Shown here: positions 1-9,123 of the stretch, one piece after another
Position numbering within the stretch: the first letter of the stretch is position 1
How the letters are laid out: every line of letters starts with the position of its first letter
Source of the DNA: an uncultured delta proteobacterium
GTDB lineage: Bacteria > Desulfobacterota > Desulfobacteria > Desulfobacterales > SpSt-501
DNA length: 64,000 bases
NCBI GenBank assembly: GCA_963700055.1
Contig: CAVOWH010000023.1
Coordinates: 64,201 to 128,200, forward strand
Reading direction: 5' to 3'
Position numbers and translations under genes: made by a program
Notes under the pieces: model-generated
Database searches by the model: none
Told to the model about the DNA's origin: nothing
Seen by the model: the letters and a program-made list of their open reading frames with translations, nothing else

Positions 1-2110
1 TGCTGCGGAAGGATTTGGCGAAGGCCAGCTGGATGTGGAAGACAGCTCCTCGATTAGCGACCGCAAAGATGAAATCGGCGCGCTGGCCAGAGCGTTCCAT
101 CGGATGCGGCTGCAGATCAAAGGACAGTTTCAAACGCTTGAAAGCAATTACACCCAATTGAAGTCCACCCAAGACGCCTTAAAGAAAAGCGAAGCGCATT
201 ACCGCAGCCTGTTCAACAACCTGCCCATCGGGCTCTACCGAACCACGCCCGAAGGGCTCGTTCTCGACGCCAACCCGATGCTCGTCCAAATGTTTGGCTA
301 TCCGGACAAAGAGACGTTTCTTTCGCGCCGGGCCGAGGAGCTGTATGTGACGACCGAGGATCGCGAAGTGTTCAAGCGAACGGTCAGCAGCCAGCCTTTC
401 GGCAGCCATTATGAATGCGAAATGCGCCGCTTTGACGGCGCCACCCTATGGGTTGAAAACCAATCAACCGCTTTTCGCGACAGCGAAGGGCGTGTCCTGT
501 ATTTCGAAGGCAGCCTCAAGGACATCACGGAGCGAAAGCGCTCGGAGGAGGCGCTCAGAAACAGCGAGGCACGATTTCGGACCGCCTTTGAAAATGCGTC
601 GGTCGGGATGACCTTGGTGGACCTGCACGGGGTTTATTTTGAGGTCAATCCGGCGCTGGGCGGGATGGTCGGCTACCGCCCGGCCGAAATGATCGGGCGG
701 CCGGTAGCCGATTTTACCCATCCGGACGACATTGGCCTGCGGGCTCAGTTCCTGGACGATCTCTTGGAAGGCAGGATCTCTTCCGGTGAACAGGAACGAC
801 GCTTTGTTCACAAAGATGGTTCAACGGTTTGGACGCTGATTTGGGCCAGCCTGCATCGGGATCAAAATGGGCGACCCCTCTATTTCATTTCATTGGTCCA
901 GGATCTTACGGCTCGCAAGAAAGCCGATGAAGAAAGGGGGAAACTCGAATCGCAGCTGCTCCAAGCTCAGAAAATGGAGGCGATCGGGGCCCTGGCCGGA
1001 GGGATCGCCCACGATTTCAACAACATTCTGTCGGCCATCATCGGGTACACGGAATTGTCCACGCTCGGCGATGGAGCGCCGGTCGACTATCTGCAGGAGG
1101 TCTTGAAGGCGGCCAACCGGGCCAAAGATTTGGTCAAGCAGATTCTATCCTTCAGCCGGCAGACAGAAGAAGAAAGAATGCCGGTTCATGTCGGCATGGT
1201 CGTCAAAGAAGTTGCGAAGTTTTTAAGAGCCAGCATTCCCACCACCATCGACATCAACTGTCACATCGACGAAAAAGCCGGTTCGGTGCTGGCGAATTCG
1301 GTTGAGTTGCATCAAATCATGATGAACCTCTGTACCAACGCGGTGCATGCCATCGGTGGGCAGGCGGGTGTCGTTGAGATTCGAGTTCGGCGGGTTGAAA
1401 TCACCGCGAGGCAAAGAAATGCATGCCCCGATTTGGATCCGGGGTTCTACGTAGAGCTTTCGGTCAAGGATACGGGACAAGGAATTCGCCCGGAGATCAT
1501 GGAACGAATATTCGATCCCTACTTTACCACGAAGGAAAAGGGGGTCGGCACCGGCCTGGGGCTCGCGGTCGTTCATGGTATCGTCAAGAAATCGAACGGA
1601 ACCATTGGGGTCGAAAGCCACCTGAATGAGGGTTCAATTTTCTATATCTATCTGCCTCAGATTGAGATGCCGTCCGCTACCCTGCCCCATCCGTCCTTAG
1701 TTCCGCTGGGAGGTTCTGGCAGGATTCTGTTTGTGGATGATGAAAAAATGATCGCGGATATCGGCGAAAAAATTCTTAGACGTTTAGGCTATGATGTCGT
1801 TTCGCGAACCAGCCCGGTCGAGGCCCTTGAACTGTTCAAGGTCAAATCCAGGGCGTTTGATCTTGTCATTTCGGATCAGACGATGCCTGGAATGACCGGG
1901 GACGCGCTCGCAAGAGAATTAATGCAAATCAACCCGGAAATCCCGGTCATTCTCTGTACCGGCTATAGCCAATTGATCGACGCGGAAAAGGCCAAAAAAA
2001 AGGGGATCAAAGCGCTCGTAATGAAACCCATTTTGATCAACGAGATGGATGACGCCATTCGCCGGGTTCTCAAAGAGGGTCCGTCCGCACCGGCACGCCC
2101 GCTCTCTTAG
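1..2110 (+). CDS. Hybrid sensor histidine kinase/response regulator (HAMP-PAS-PAS-HisKA-HATPase-REC), 5'-partial
   Basis: HAMP end (DEIGALARAF), two PAS domains, H-box AGGIAHDFNNIL, G-boxes DTGQG and GTGLGL, receiver LFVDDE...SDQTMP. The frame is open to the window start. Confidence 0.93.
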   Translation, partial: AAEGFGEGQLDVEDSSSISDRKDEIGALARAFHRMRLQIKGQFQTLESNYTQLKSTQDALKKSEAHYRSLFNNLPIGLYRTTPEGLVLDANPMLVQMFGYPDKETFLSRRAEELYVTTEDREVFKRTVSSQPFGSHYECEMRRFDGATLWVENQSTAFRDSEGRVLYFEGSLKDITERKRSEEALRNSEARFRTAFENASVGMTLVDLHGVYFEVNPALGGMVGYRPAEMIGRPVADFTHPDDIGLRAQFLDDLLEGRISSGEQERRFVHKDGSTVWTLIWASLHRDQNGRPLYFISLVQDLTARKKADEERGKLESQLLQAQKMEAIGALAGGIAHDFNNILSAIIGYTELSTLGDGAPVDYLQEVLKAANRAKDLVKQILSFSRQTEEERMPVHVGMVVKEVAKFLRASIPTTIDINCHIDEKAGSVLANSVELHQIMMNLCTNAVHAIGGQAGVVEIRVRRVEITARQRNACPDLDPGFYVELSVKDTGQGIRPEIMERIFDPYFTTKEKGVGTGLGLAVVHGIVKKSNGTIGVESHLNEGSIFYIYLPQIEMPSATLPHPSLVPLGGSGRILFVDDEKMIADIGEKILRRLGYDVVSRTSPVEALELFKVKSRAFDLVISDQTMPGMTGDALARELMQINPEIPVILCTGYSQLIDAEKAKKKGIKALVMKPILINEMDDAIRRVLKEGPSAPARPLS

Positions 2111-2210
2111 CCGCGCGGAAGAGCTTCGCCGTCGACCATCAGCCGCAGGATTCCGAACTCAGAGGTGTCGGCCAGCGCCAACGCCCGGAAGTTGATCCCC
2201 ATCGCCGCGG
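2107..2210 (-). pseudogene. Fragment of an ACT-domain protein
   Basis: The translation GINFRALALADTSEFGILRLMVD resembles the ACT-domain motif GINIRALSLADTxDFGILRLIV. No start codon or full gene. Confidence 0.5.
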
Positions 2211-2326
2211 CCCGCCCGGGCGGGCATGGCCAGGAGGCGCTCCTTGACAGACAGGGGCGGAGCCCATAGTAATGCAACGAAAAATCATGGTTTGCGGGTG
2301 CCATTCGAAGCCGGAGCTTTGCCACC

Positions 2327-4150
2327 ATGCCCCAGATGAGTTTTCTAGAAGTTTACGGCCGGGTGCTCGGCCTGCTCAAGCCTGTGCGTGGGCTGGCGCT
2401 CGGCCTTACCTTCGCCAACCTGGGATTGGCGGCCGTGCCCTTTTTGGACCCCATCCTGTTCGGCAAGGCGATCGACCTGCTCACCCAGGCCTCCACGCGC
2501 GGGGCCGAGGCGACCTTCAAAGACGGCGTGAAGATTTTTGGTTTGTGGACGGCGGTCGGAGTGGGGGGCATCGTAGCCGGGATCCTGGTGTCTCTGCACG
2601 CAGACCGGCTGGCCCACCGCCAGCGCCACCATGTCAGCGCGCAATTCTTCGAACACGTGCTGCAGTTGCACTTGGCGTATCACCGCAGCTCCCACTCCGG
2701 CCGGTTGCTGAAGATCATGCTGCAAGGCGCGGACCACCTCTTCGGGTTGTGGCTCTCCATGTTCCGGGAGCACTTGTCCACGCTGGTGTCCATGCTGGTG
2801 CTGCTGCCCATGACCCTGTTCCTCAACTGGCGGCTCGCCTTGGTGCTGATGATCCTGCTGCTGGTCTCGGCGCTGCTCACCGGCTACGTCACGCGTCGTA
2901 CCCTCACGGCCCAGGGAGAGGTGGAGGCGCGTCGCAGCAACCTGGCGGAACGGGCGGGAGATGCCATCGGCAACGTGGTGTTGGTGCAAAGCTTCGTGCG
3001 ACTGTCGGCGGAGATGCGCATGATGCGCGAGGAGATCGAGCGCCTGCTCTCCGCCCAGTTCCCGGTGCTCAACTGGTGGGCGGTGGTGAGTGTCCTTCAG
3101 GGCGCGGTCGCGACCATCACGGTCATCAGTATTTTCGCCATGGGCGCCTGGCTCAACCTGAAGGGCGAGGCGACGGTGGGCGAGATCGTCACCTTCATGG
3201 GGTTCGCCACCCACCTCATCGGCCGCATGAACCAAGTGGTGGGATTTGTGAACAGCCTGTTCATGGACGCCCACGGCCTGGTGGAGTTTTTCGATGTGCT
3301 GGACATCGAGTCTGCCGTGCGCGACAAGCCCGGTGCGCGGCCGCTCGCCCCGGTCCAGGGCCGGGTGGAGTTCGACCACGTCAGCTTCGGCTACACCAGC
3401 CAGCGCAACGCCCTGGAGGATATCTCCTTCTTGGCCGAGCCGGGCCGGACCGTGGCCCTGGTGGGCGAGACCGGGGCCGGCAAGAGCACCGCGATGGGTC
3501 TGCTGCACCGGCAGCAGGATCCGCATTCGGGAACGATCCGCATCGACGGCATCGATATCCGCGATGTCACCCTTGACTCGCTGCGCGCGAACATCGGGGT
3601 GGTGTTTCAGGAAAGCATGCTGTTTTACCGCAGCATCGCCGACAACCTGCGCGTCGGCAAGCCGGACGCCAGCGACGCCGAACTAGAAGAGGCGGCGCGC
3701 CTTGCCTGTGCTCACGACTTCATTCTCTTACAACCCCGCGGCTACCAAACCCGCATCGGCGAGCGCGGTTCCACCCTGAGCGGCGGCGAGCGCCAGCGCC
3801 TCGCCATTGCCCGCGTGCGGCTCAAGAACCCGCCCATCCTCATTCTGGACGAGGCCACGAGCGCCCTGGACGCCACCACCGAAGCCCTGGTGCAGCAGGC
3901 CCTCCAGACCCTGATGCGGGGGCGCACCACATTTGTCATCGCCCATCGCCTCGCCACCATCCGCAGCGCGGACATGATCCTGGTATTCCAGAAGGGCCGC
4001 GTCATCGAGCGCGGGAGCTTTCAGGACTTGGTGCGACAGGGCGGCTTCTTCGCTCAGATGGTGGCGACACAGTTCCAGAACCCGGCGGCGGCTGATGGCA
4101 ACCCCTCTGACGGCTCGGCGGCCTTTAACACCCCCTCCGACAACATGTGA
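2327..4150 (+). CDS. ndvA: Cyclic beta-1,2-glucan exporter-like ABC transporter, fused permease/ATPase (NdvA/ChvA-like)
   Basis: N-terminus MSFLEVYGRVLGLL...DPILFGKAID and LFGLWLSMFREHL resemble NdvA/ChvA. Walker A GETGAGKST, signature LSGGERQ, Walker B ILILDE. Alternative start at 2336. Confidence 0.8.
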   Translation: MPQMSFLEVYGRVLGLLKPVRGLALGLTFANLGLAAVPFLDPILFGKAIDLLTQASTRGAEATFKDGVKIFGLWTAVGVGGIVAGILVSLHADRLAHRQRHHVSAQFFEHVLQLHLAYHRSSHSGRLLKIMLQGADHLFGLWLSMFREHLSTLVSMLVLLPMTLFLNWRLALVLMILLLVSALLTGYVTRRTLTAQGEVEARRSNLAERAGDAIGNVVLVQSFVRLSAEMRMMREEIERLLSAQFPVLNWWAVVSVLQGAVATITVISIFAMGAWLNLKGEATVGEIVTFMGFATHLIGRMNQVVGFVNSLFMDAHGLVEFFDVLDIESAVRDKPGARPLAPVQGRVEFDHVSFGYTSQRNALEDISFLAEPGRTVALVGETGAGKSTAMGLLHRQQDPHSGTIRIDGIDIRDVTLDSLRANIGVVFQESMLFYRSIADNLRVGKPDASDAELEEAARLACAHDFILLQPRGYQTRIGERGSTLSGGERQRLAIARVRLKNPPILILDEATSALDATTEALVQQALQTLMRGRTTFVIAHRLATIRSADMILVFQKGRVIERGSFQDLVRQGGFFAQMVATQFQNPAAADGNPSDGSAAFNTPSDNM

Positions 4151-4151
4151 G

Positions 4152-4193
4152 CAAAAAATTAGCGGCAGCGTGTAACCATACTGCCGCCGCTTT
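4152..4193. terminator. Hairpin between convergent genes, probable terminator
   Basis: Stem GCGGCAG...CTGCCGC with an A-tract before it and a short T-tract after it, immediately after the ndvA-like stop. Confidence 0.55.
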
Positions 4194-4251
4194 GGTGGGC
4201 TTCTCCTTGGCTTTGTTCGGTCAGGCGTTTTTGGTTCTTGTGAGCTACTCC

Positions 4252-5706
4252 CAATACTGTTCACTTAATAAAAAATTCGTGCTATCCTACTCCAACTCTA
4301 ACCGGGAGGTGGGCGTATGGCACGAACAATCGCAGAGCTCCCCAGAGGGAGCCGGATAACGGACTACATCAGTCTTGGGTTGATTGCCAAGGTATTTCCA
4401 CGGGAGAAGCTGCAATCGGTTTTGGCCGAAACAGGCAAAGAAAGCCTCCGGCAGCGGGAACTGCCAGCACACGTGGTGATTTACTATGTGATTGCGCTGG
4501 CTCTTTACATGAACAGCTCCTACCGCGAGGTTCTGCGCTGTCTGTTGGAGGGTGTCCAATGGTTGCAACTGCATCCGGGTGGTATCAAAGTGACTGGCAA
4601 ATCGGGCATTTCCAAAGCCCGCAGCCGACTGGGATCGGAGCCGATGCGGCGGTTGCATGATCAGACGGTCCGACCGATCGCCACGGCTGAGACACGCGGG
4701 GCGTTTTACCGCCAGTGGCAGATAGTGAGCATTGACGGAGCCACACTGGATGTCGCCGATGAGATCAGTACTGCGAAGACCTTCGGCCGTCCCGGGGCGA
4801 GCCGAGGAGCAAGTGCGTATCCGCAAATTCGGTTTGTTTCGCTGGTTGAAAACGGCACCCACGTTTTGTTCGGAACTCAGGTGGGAGCTTGCCGCTGCAG
4901 TGAAATTGCTCTGGCGCGTCAGACCATCACGCATCTGCGAACCGGGATGTTGTGTTTGGCAGACCGTAACTTCTTTAGCTATGAGCTTTGGCAACAGGCT
5001 CGGGCGACGGGCGCTGAGCTGCTGTGGCGGGTCAAAAAGAACCTGCGCTTGGCCTGCGAGCAGCGTTTGCCCGACGGTTCGTTTCTGAGCCGCATCTATG
5101 CTTCGCCGAGAGATCGCAGGCACCAGAGAAATGCTGTGCTCGTGCGCGTGATCGAGTATCGGCTGGAGGGGGTAGAGCAAAGCGAGCCCATCTATCGGCT
5201 GCTGACGAGCATTTTGGACCCTCAACAGGCACCGGCTCAGGAGCTGGCGGCGCTCTATCACGAACGCTGGGAGATTGAGACCGCCCTTGATGAGTTCAAG
5301 ACGCATCTGCGCGGAGCCCAGATTGTTTTGCGCAGCAAGACCCCGGAGCTGGTCTACCAGGAGTTCTATGGTTTGATGATGGCGCATTTTGCCATCCGGG
5401 GCCTGATGCACGAAGCGGCCCTGAAGGCCGATGAGGACCCAGACAGGTTGTCGTTCTTGCACGCCGTGCGGGTTATGCGCCGCAAACTGCCTTTGTCCAG
5501 CGCTATTCCCCCCTGCGGGGTGGATCGCTTTCCATGAGGCGGTCTTACAAGAAATCTTGCAGGAGCGAGTGGTTTCCAGTCGCAATCGGAGTATTCCGCG
5601 AGGCGTCAAGCGCAAAATGAGCAAATTTCCGCTGCGGAAACGGCATGCAAAATTGAAGTCCGTCTGTGTAGAAAAGTGCATTCAAATAATAAAGTGAACA
5701 GTATTG
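4252..5706 (+). mobile_element. IS4-family insertion sequence, 1455 bp
   Basis: Perfect 15-bp terminal inverted repeats CAATACTGTTCACTT (4252-4266 and 5692-5706). 10-bp target duplication GAGCTACTCC (4242-4251 and 5707-5716). Confidence 0.96.
4317..5537 (+). CDS. IS4-family DDE transposase; probable C-terminal extension in the +1 frame to 5697
   Basis: DDE motifs SIDGA and LADRNF, and YHERWEIE (YREK-like). Enclosed by the IS4 inverted repeats. Confidence 0.93.
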   Translation: MARTIAELPRGSRITDYISLGLIAKVFPREKLQSVLAETGKESLRQRELPAHVVIYYVIALALYMNSSYREVLRCLLEGVQWLQLHPGGIKVTGKSGISKARSRLGSEPMRRLHDQTVRPIATAETRGAFYRQWQIVSIDGATLDVADEISTAKTFGRPGASRGASAYPQIRFVSLVENGTHVLFGTQVGACRCSEIALARQTITHLRTGMLCLADRNFFSYELWQQARATGAELLWRVKKNLRLACEQRLPDGSFLSRIYASPRDRRHQRNAVLVRVIEYRLEGVEQSEPIYRLLTSILDPQQAPAQELAALYHERWEIETALDEFKTHLRGAQIVLRSKTPELVYQEFYGLMMAHFAIRGLMHEAALKADEDPDRLSFLHAVRVMRRKLPLSSAIPPCGVDRFP

Positions 5707-5709
5707 GAG

Positions 5710-6132
5710 CTACTCCCTTACTTCCGCTTTCATCTCCAGCTGTACATGTCCCCAGCCACCGCACATGGGTCCGACATCGAAACAGCCTGTCCGGTTGAAC
5801 ATCACCTCATTGGGGTCCCTGCCGTTCATTAGATTCTCAAAAAATGCATTTATTAGCACCGTCAGATTCGGCATCAAAAAGGCGCAAACGCGATCGGGAG
5901 ATTCCTGGGTCAACAGGTTGCCGGCGGAGTCGAAGACGATGCGCTGTCCGACCACATGCCCTGAATGGCATCCTTTTGAAGCTACGACCTCCGCTACAAG
6001 ACGGTAACGCGACCCTTTTGCAGCATTTTCAAATAGCCGCTTGTATTTAGGGTTCCCCAGAACAGCAACCAGTTCCTCTCCTTCCAATGCTAATCGTCTC
6101 TTGATAATCTGGACCAATGTGTCTTTCTCCAT
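5710..6132 (-). CDS. Cassette-borne Cys-rich hypothetical protein (TIGR04076-like)
   Basis: Start MEKDTL after purine-rich AGGAAGGGAAG. Motifs GCHSGHVVGQ, DRVCAF, GCFDVGPMCGG. The longer ORF start runs through the attC site. Confidence 0.7.
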   Translation of the reverse strand: MEKDTLVQIIKRRLALEGEELVAVLGNPKYKRLFENAAKGSRYRLVAEVVASKGCHSGHVVGQRIVFDSAGNLLTQESPDRVCAFLMPNLTVLINAFFENLMNGRDPNEVMFNRTGCFDVGPMCGGWGHVQLEMKAEVRE

Positions 6133-6209
6133 TTGTCTTCCCTTCCTTGACTCAGATGGTTGGCTGAACGAACCCATTTTATCATGTGAGATACGGCGAA
6201 GGCGGAAAA

Positions 6210-6277
6210 TGCGAACGGAAAGCTGAGCTATAGGCGGGCGCCCTTTTCCGCCGATCCGCTCCAGCGCCTGGTTGGGC
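6210..6277 (-). other. Integron attC site
   Basis: Minus strand GCCCAAC-CAGGCGCTGGAGCGGA...AGCTCAGCTTTCC-GTTCGCA, an imperfect palindrome starting 3 nt after the upstream stop codon. Confidence 0.8.
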
Positions 6278-6280
6278 AAT

Positions 6281-7012
6281 TCATGCTTTTGTTGCTCTCA
6301 GTGCTTGAAAAGCCATGGCGGCTTTGAGAAAGGCCACAATAACAGGATGAGGGTTGCCCGGCTCTGAAGACAACTGAGGAAGGAAGAGAGTTGCCAAAAA
6401 GAACGGATGAGAGACAAGCTCTACGATTCTTGCATTCCCATCAGAGTCCCTACCTACGGTGCTGAGATTGCCCCTCATGATATCGTGGCGGTAGTTTTCA
6501 TTGAGTCCGTAGTTGCAACTGAACTGCTCAGTGGCACGGTCCTTTCCAAATGTTTTGAAAGCTAAAGTGCCCGGCGTGATGAAAACCTCTTGTTGAATAC
6601 CGGCAAGAGAGCACGCAAGACGACTTATGACGAGAGCGGGAGAAGTGGGCGCTGTCTCCTCAAAATCAGCATCTCGTATGCCTGCAACATTTCGTGCATG
6701 CTCTACCAGAGCATACTGAAAACCACTTCAAGTTCCCAGAAATGGCAAGCTTAGCTCCCTGGCAAATCGGATTGCTTCCAATGCGCCGTTCATGCTCCTA
6801 TAAGGGCCTCCGGGAGCACAGAAAATACCATCGTATTCCACCAACTTAATTCGTGCTCGGTCGGCCTCCAACGTCTGCGTGGGAATCCATTCAGTACTGA
6901 CACCAAGAACCAGGGTTTCCGCCCCGTGACGCAGAGCTTCATTAGTTGCCCTGTGTGACGGTCGCTCTGCCTCATAGTCCCCGACAACCGCAATTGCTAC
7001 GCCAGAGTTCAT
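6281..7012 (-). CDS. CTP synthase C-terminal-like class I glutamine amidotransferase family protein; probable selenoprotein (UGA at codon 95)
   Basis: ORFs 6728..7012 and 6281..6478 share one frame and are interrupted only by TGA (6728-6730) in PFLGT*SGFQYA, the position of the nucleophile Cys in GTCGGFQ. A SECIS-like hairpin follows. Confidence 0.85.
6696..6716 (-). promoter_or_regulatory. Putative bacterial SECIS element
   Basis: Minus strand GTATGCTCT-GGT-AGAGCATGC: a 9-bp stem (one G-U pair) with a GGU loop, beginning 11 nt after the UGA. Confidence 0.75.
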
Positions 7013-7031
7013 CTTGTCCTTACATTTCGTT

Positions 7032-7088
7032 GCCTAACGCCGAGTTAATTGGCAGTCGTAGGCTGTCCGCTTGAACGACTGGTTGGCT
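7032..7088 (-). other. Integron attC site
   Basis: Minus strand AGCCAAC-CAGTCGTTCAAGCGGAC...ATTAACTCGGC-GTTAGGC. Its R'' (AGCCAAC) is the exact complement of the cassette's entry R' (GTTGGCT, 7962-7968). Confidence 0.88.
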
Positions 7089-7170
7089 CTTACTGTACTT
7101 TGAATAACTGCCGATTCTCCAAATTCGCCAGTAATATCAGAACTGACCGACATGGACGAAATGAATCACG

Positions 7171-7935
7171 CTAAAGCGTTTCTAATTTTTCAAGCAGCTT
7201 TTTCCTTGTCAGCAGCACGTAATCCCTGTCCGGTGCGAAAATTTCGAGCGTAATCGTGCCGTCATAACAGCCTTTCAGTGTCCTGATAAGATGTTCCCAT
7301 CGGATTAAGCCGACACCCATCGGCAGATGAAGGTCAGCCTGCCCGTTGTTGTCATGCAGGTGAACATGCGACAACCGGTCTTTGAACTCAACAATACACG
7401 CTGCCGGATCTTTGCCGTACAGGTTCAGATGCCCGGTATCAGCGTGAAAATCAATTTCCGGGTTCAGTTCCAGAATTTTTCGGATGTTTTTGATGCTGTC
7501 CCGCGGAGAGTCTGTAGATTCGTAAATGATTTTGACGCCAAAGTCCCTGGCAAAGGCTGAAAGGGTCTGAAGGGATTCCGTCTGATACGCGATGGCCTCG
7601 TCAGCCGTGAACAGTCCAAATGCCCAGTGAGCATGGACTGTGAGCTTATAACACCGAATGTTGCTGCAAAGCACCACATAGCGTTTCAGGATTTCAACCG
7701 CATTTTCTCTGAGGGGTTTGGACGGCGAGCCAATCGGCAGATACCAAGCGGTATGCCCGACGGCATCCAGCCCGTATTCATCCAGTGCGTTTCTCACACC
7801 TGCCGGATCAATCTGATGCGCTTCAGCTTTGTCTGCTTCAAAAAAGAGGTCGGCAAAGTCAAACCCGTTTTTGCCAATCCAATGAATTTCATCAACCATA
7901 TTGTTTCGGGGATACGTGGGGAATCCGATTTTCAT
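7171..7935 (-). CDS. Cassette-borne sugar phosphate isomerase/epimerase family (xylose isomerase-like TIM barrel)
   Basis: Start MKIGFPTYP. Metal-binding motifs DTGHL, HVHLHDN, DLHLPMG, TLEIF. Confidence 0.85.
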   Translation of the reverse strand: MKIGFPTYPRNNMVDEIHWIGKNGFDFADLFFEADKAEAHQIDPAGVRNALDEYGLDAVGHTAWYLPIGSPSKPLRENAVEILKRYVVLCSNIRCYKLTVHAHWAFGLFTADEAIAYQTESLQTLSAFARDFGVKIIYESTDSPRDSIKNIRKILELNPEIDFHADTGHLNLYGKDPAACIVEFKDRLSHVHLHDNNGQADLHLPMGVGLIRWEHLIRTLKGCYDGTITLEIFAPDRDYVLLTRKKLLEKLETL

Positions 7936-7961
7936 AGCACACTCTTGAGATTTTGGATTTG

Positions 7962-8092
7962 AGCCAACACTGCGCTTCACCCGCCGGACGGGCATCGCAG
8001 AAACCTTTGTAAAAAGAGATAAACTTTGATCTGCATCACCCTTGCAAAAAGCGCCGATGGAGCCCGGTCGGATATGCAAGCGCTTGTTATAA
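7962..8092 (-). other. Integron attC site (131 bp)
   Basis: Minus strand TTATAAC-AAGCGCTTGCA...GGTGAAGCGCAGT-GTTGGCT. R'' overlaps the TAA stop of the upstream gene. Confidence 0.88.
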
Positions 8093-8443
8093 GCCTTTCA
8101 ATTTAACTGTAAAAAAACGAAAGCCTTTGGATTTCATTTCCTCGAAGTTAGCTTCCGAAACGGGCAATCCTTCTTTGCGTGCAAGTGGATAAAAATTCTT
8201 ATACGACTCCTCATCAAAACCATAGGACGCACCAAGTTTAAGGCCTCTTAATATTTCTCCGAATCTGGTCTTTTTTACGGTGTGTCTTTTTTGCCCATCC
8301 GGTTCGATTTCTGACAGAAAAGCTTTCATAGCTCGAAGAGATCCAGATATTACACAGGCATCACCAGCATCTCCTGTGCATACAACTTCAGTAGGAGAAA
8401 CAAAGGCAAAATATCCAATTACCTTTCGACTGCGATCAGCCAT
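8087..8443 (-). CDS. Cassette-borne hypothetical protein
   Basis: AT-rich 118-aa ORF whose stop lies inside the attC R''. It fills the cassette. Confidence 0.75.
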   Translation of the reverse strand: MADRSRKVIGYFAFVSPTEVVCTGDAGDACVISGSLRAMKAFLSEIEPDGQKRHTVKKTRFGEILRGLKLGASYGFDEESYKNFYPLARKEGLPVSEANFEEMKSKGFRFFTVKLKGL

Positions 8444-8480
8444 ATGATTTTCAACTCTTTGTTTATCGATTGGCTTATAA

Positions 8481-8706
8481 TAAGGCGATCAAGGCCGCTG
8501 TGCGCCGTGTGGGTTTGACCAAGCGCATCAGCGCCCATACGTTTCGCCATTCCTTTGCCACCCACCTGCTCCAGCGCGGCACCGACATCCGCACGATTCA
8601 AGCCCTGTTGGGACATAGCGATCTTGCCACCACCATGATCTACACCCACATCCTGCAGCAAGGCGGCCATGGCGTACCCAGCCCTCTTGACGACCTCGGT
8701 GTGTGA
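8481..8706 (+). pseudogene. intI: 3' remnant of integron integrase
   Basis: [73 protein letters not shown] contains the tyrosine recombinase HxxR/H/Y residues and an IntI-type C-terminus. It is divergent from the attC cassettes and the N-terminal part is absent. Confidence 0.88.
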
Positions 8707-9123
8707 TCGGCTCTGTGGAAGCAGACAAAGTGCTTCACCAGATGCGGGGTGCATTGGCTGTAATGGCGAATACACGGCAACTTGCAGTTTTGCTCTGGTG
8801 CTCCATGAGCGGGCATCACCCGGCGGGGATGAGGCTGCGGGCTGGAATCGGGATGGTCGCGGACGGATGACGGTGCTTGCGTTCTGCATGACACCACTTT
8901 GGAGCGTCCTCTTGCCACAAGCCGAACGGTTAATGGATCGGAGAGGAAAATGCGTATGAAGGCTATAATGAGGGTCTGGAAAAGGCAAGCGGGTTATGGC
9001 GGAAATCCGAATGATGGCTTGGTCTGACCCAAGGAGCCCCGGAATTTCAGAATCCAGCGCAAGGTGATCACAGCCCAAGCCACACTGAACCCGAATTTCC
9101 AGCTCCCTCAGACAGTATGTGAA

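Noticed and set aside
4195-4241. Possible attC after the last cassette gene (minus strand CCGAACAAAGCC)
   Set aside because: No matching R' or palindrome found; at most a remnant.
6133-6279. N-terminal extensions of cassette ORFs (MPNQALERIGG..., and 7936-8079)
   Set aside because: They are translations of attC sites; better starts lie downstream.
6728-6730. Treating the glutamine amidotransferase-like gene as a nonsense pseudogene
   Set aside because: The only stop is UGA at the catalytic Cys and a SECIS-like hairpin follows. Selenocysteine is the better explanation, though unproven.
8707-9120. Short ORFs downstream of the intI remnant
   Set aside because: No RBS, motif or consistent coding signal; left unannotated.
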